Shown piece after piece: positions 63,057-64,000 of a stretch of 64,000 nucleotides of DNA; the stretch's first letter is position 1; each line of letters starts with the position of its first letter. Source of the DNA: Laetmonice hystrix (taxonomy: Eukaryota); contig OZ249439.1 of the NCBI GenBank assembly GCA_965235115.1, positions 11,160,001 to 11,224,000 of the forward strand, read 5' to 3'. Made by a program: the position numbers and the translations under genes. The notes beneath the pieces were generated by a model. That model had not been told where the DNA came from. It did no database searches and saw only the letters and a program-made list of their open reading frames with translations.

Positions 63057-64000
63057 ATCCGAGCTTGTCCATGCTGACTGGCCTGGTGATCCTTGTCCAT
63101 GCTGACTGGCCTGGTGATCCTTGTCCATGCTGACTGCCCTTGTGATCCTTGCCCAGGATGACTGGCCTGGTGATCCTTGCCCATGCTGACTGCCCTTGTG
63201 ATCTTTACCCATGATGACTGGCCTGGTGATCCTTGTCCATGATGACTGGCCTGGTGATCCTTGTCCATGCTGACTGGCCTGGTGATCCTTGTCCATGCTG
63301 ACTGGCCTGGTGATCCTTGCCCATGCTGACTGCCCTTGTGATCTTTGCCCATGATGACTGGCCTGGTGATCCTTGTCCATGATGACTGGCCTGGTGATCC
63401 TTGTCCATGCTGACTGGCCTGGTGATCCTTGTCCATGCTGACTGGCCTGGTGATCCTTGTCCATGATGACTGGCCTGGTGATCCTTGTCCATGATGACTG
63501 GCCTTGTGATCCTTGTCCATGCTGACTGGCCTGGTGATCCTTGTCCATGCTGACTGCCCTTGTGATCCTTGCCCATGCTGACTGCCCTTGTGATCTTTGC
63601 CCATGATGACTGGCCTGGTGATCCTTGTCCATGATGACTGGCCTGGTGATCCTTGTCCATGCTGACTGGCCTGGTGATCCTTGTCCATGATGACTGGCCT
63701 GGTGATCCTTGTCCATGCTGACTGGCCTGGTGATCCTTGTCCATGATGACTGGCCTTGTGATCCTTGTCCATGCTGACTGGCCTGGTGATCCTTGTCCAT
63801 GCTGACCGGCCTGGTGATCCTTGTCCATGCTGACTGGCCTGGTGATCCTTGTCCATGCTGACTGGCCTGGTGATCCTTGTCCATGATGACTGGCCTTGTG
63901 ATCCTTGTCCATGATGACTGACCTGGTGATCCTTGTCCATGATGACTGGCCTGGTGATCCTTGTCCATGATGACTGGCCTTGTGATCCTTGTCCATGATG
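63057..64000. repeat. 28-bp minisatellite, truncated by the window end
   Basis: Unit gatccttgtccatgctgactggcctggt; it generates the three overlapping minus-strand ORFs. Confidence 0.98.

Noticed and set aside
1-64000. Any array as a CRISPR locus
   Set aside because: Units are head-to-tail with no unique spacers, no cas genes are present, and the context is a spliced eukaryotic genome.

Overview
This is eukaryotic (invertebrate, probably lophotrochozoan; inferred from SINE tail motifs) genomic DNA with two assembly gaps (14494-14686, 41178-41424). Two genes are well supported. DPH3 lies on the minus strand, with two coding exons at 7510-7617 and 6554-6628; its third exon is unresolved. An inverted formin-2 (INF2)-like gene lies on the plus strand, with three DID-region exons at 22627-23108, 29546-29661 and 57169-57328. 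Their phases and sizes match vertebrate INF2, and the gene runs off the right edge. The two genes appear to be transcribed divergently from a promoter region at about 7.6-9.2 kb. About 18 unrelated tandem-repeat arrays (units 12-149 bp) cover about 18% of the window. There are also two copies of a tRNA-derived SINE, two MITEs and a decayed LINE fragment. Nearly all long ORFs in the supplied track are tandem-repeat or gap artefacts. The most interesting unexplained signals are a TATA/Inr-driven, apparently spliced antisense unit inside the 27.5-kb INF2 intron, a missing INF2 start codon with a candidate N-terminal-extension exon, a steep GC3 gradient across the INF2 exons, and a cluster of TAGGCCTA palindromes at the divergent promoter. 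I see no prokaryotic-type system (CRISPR, operon, phage).
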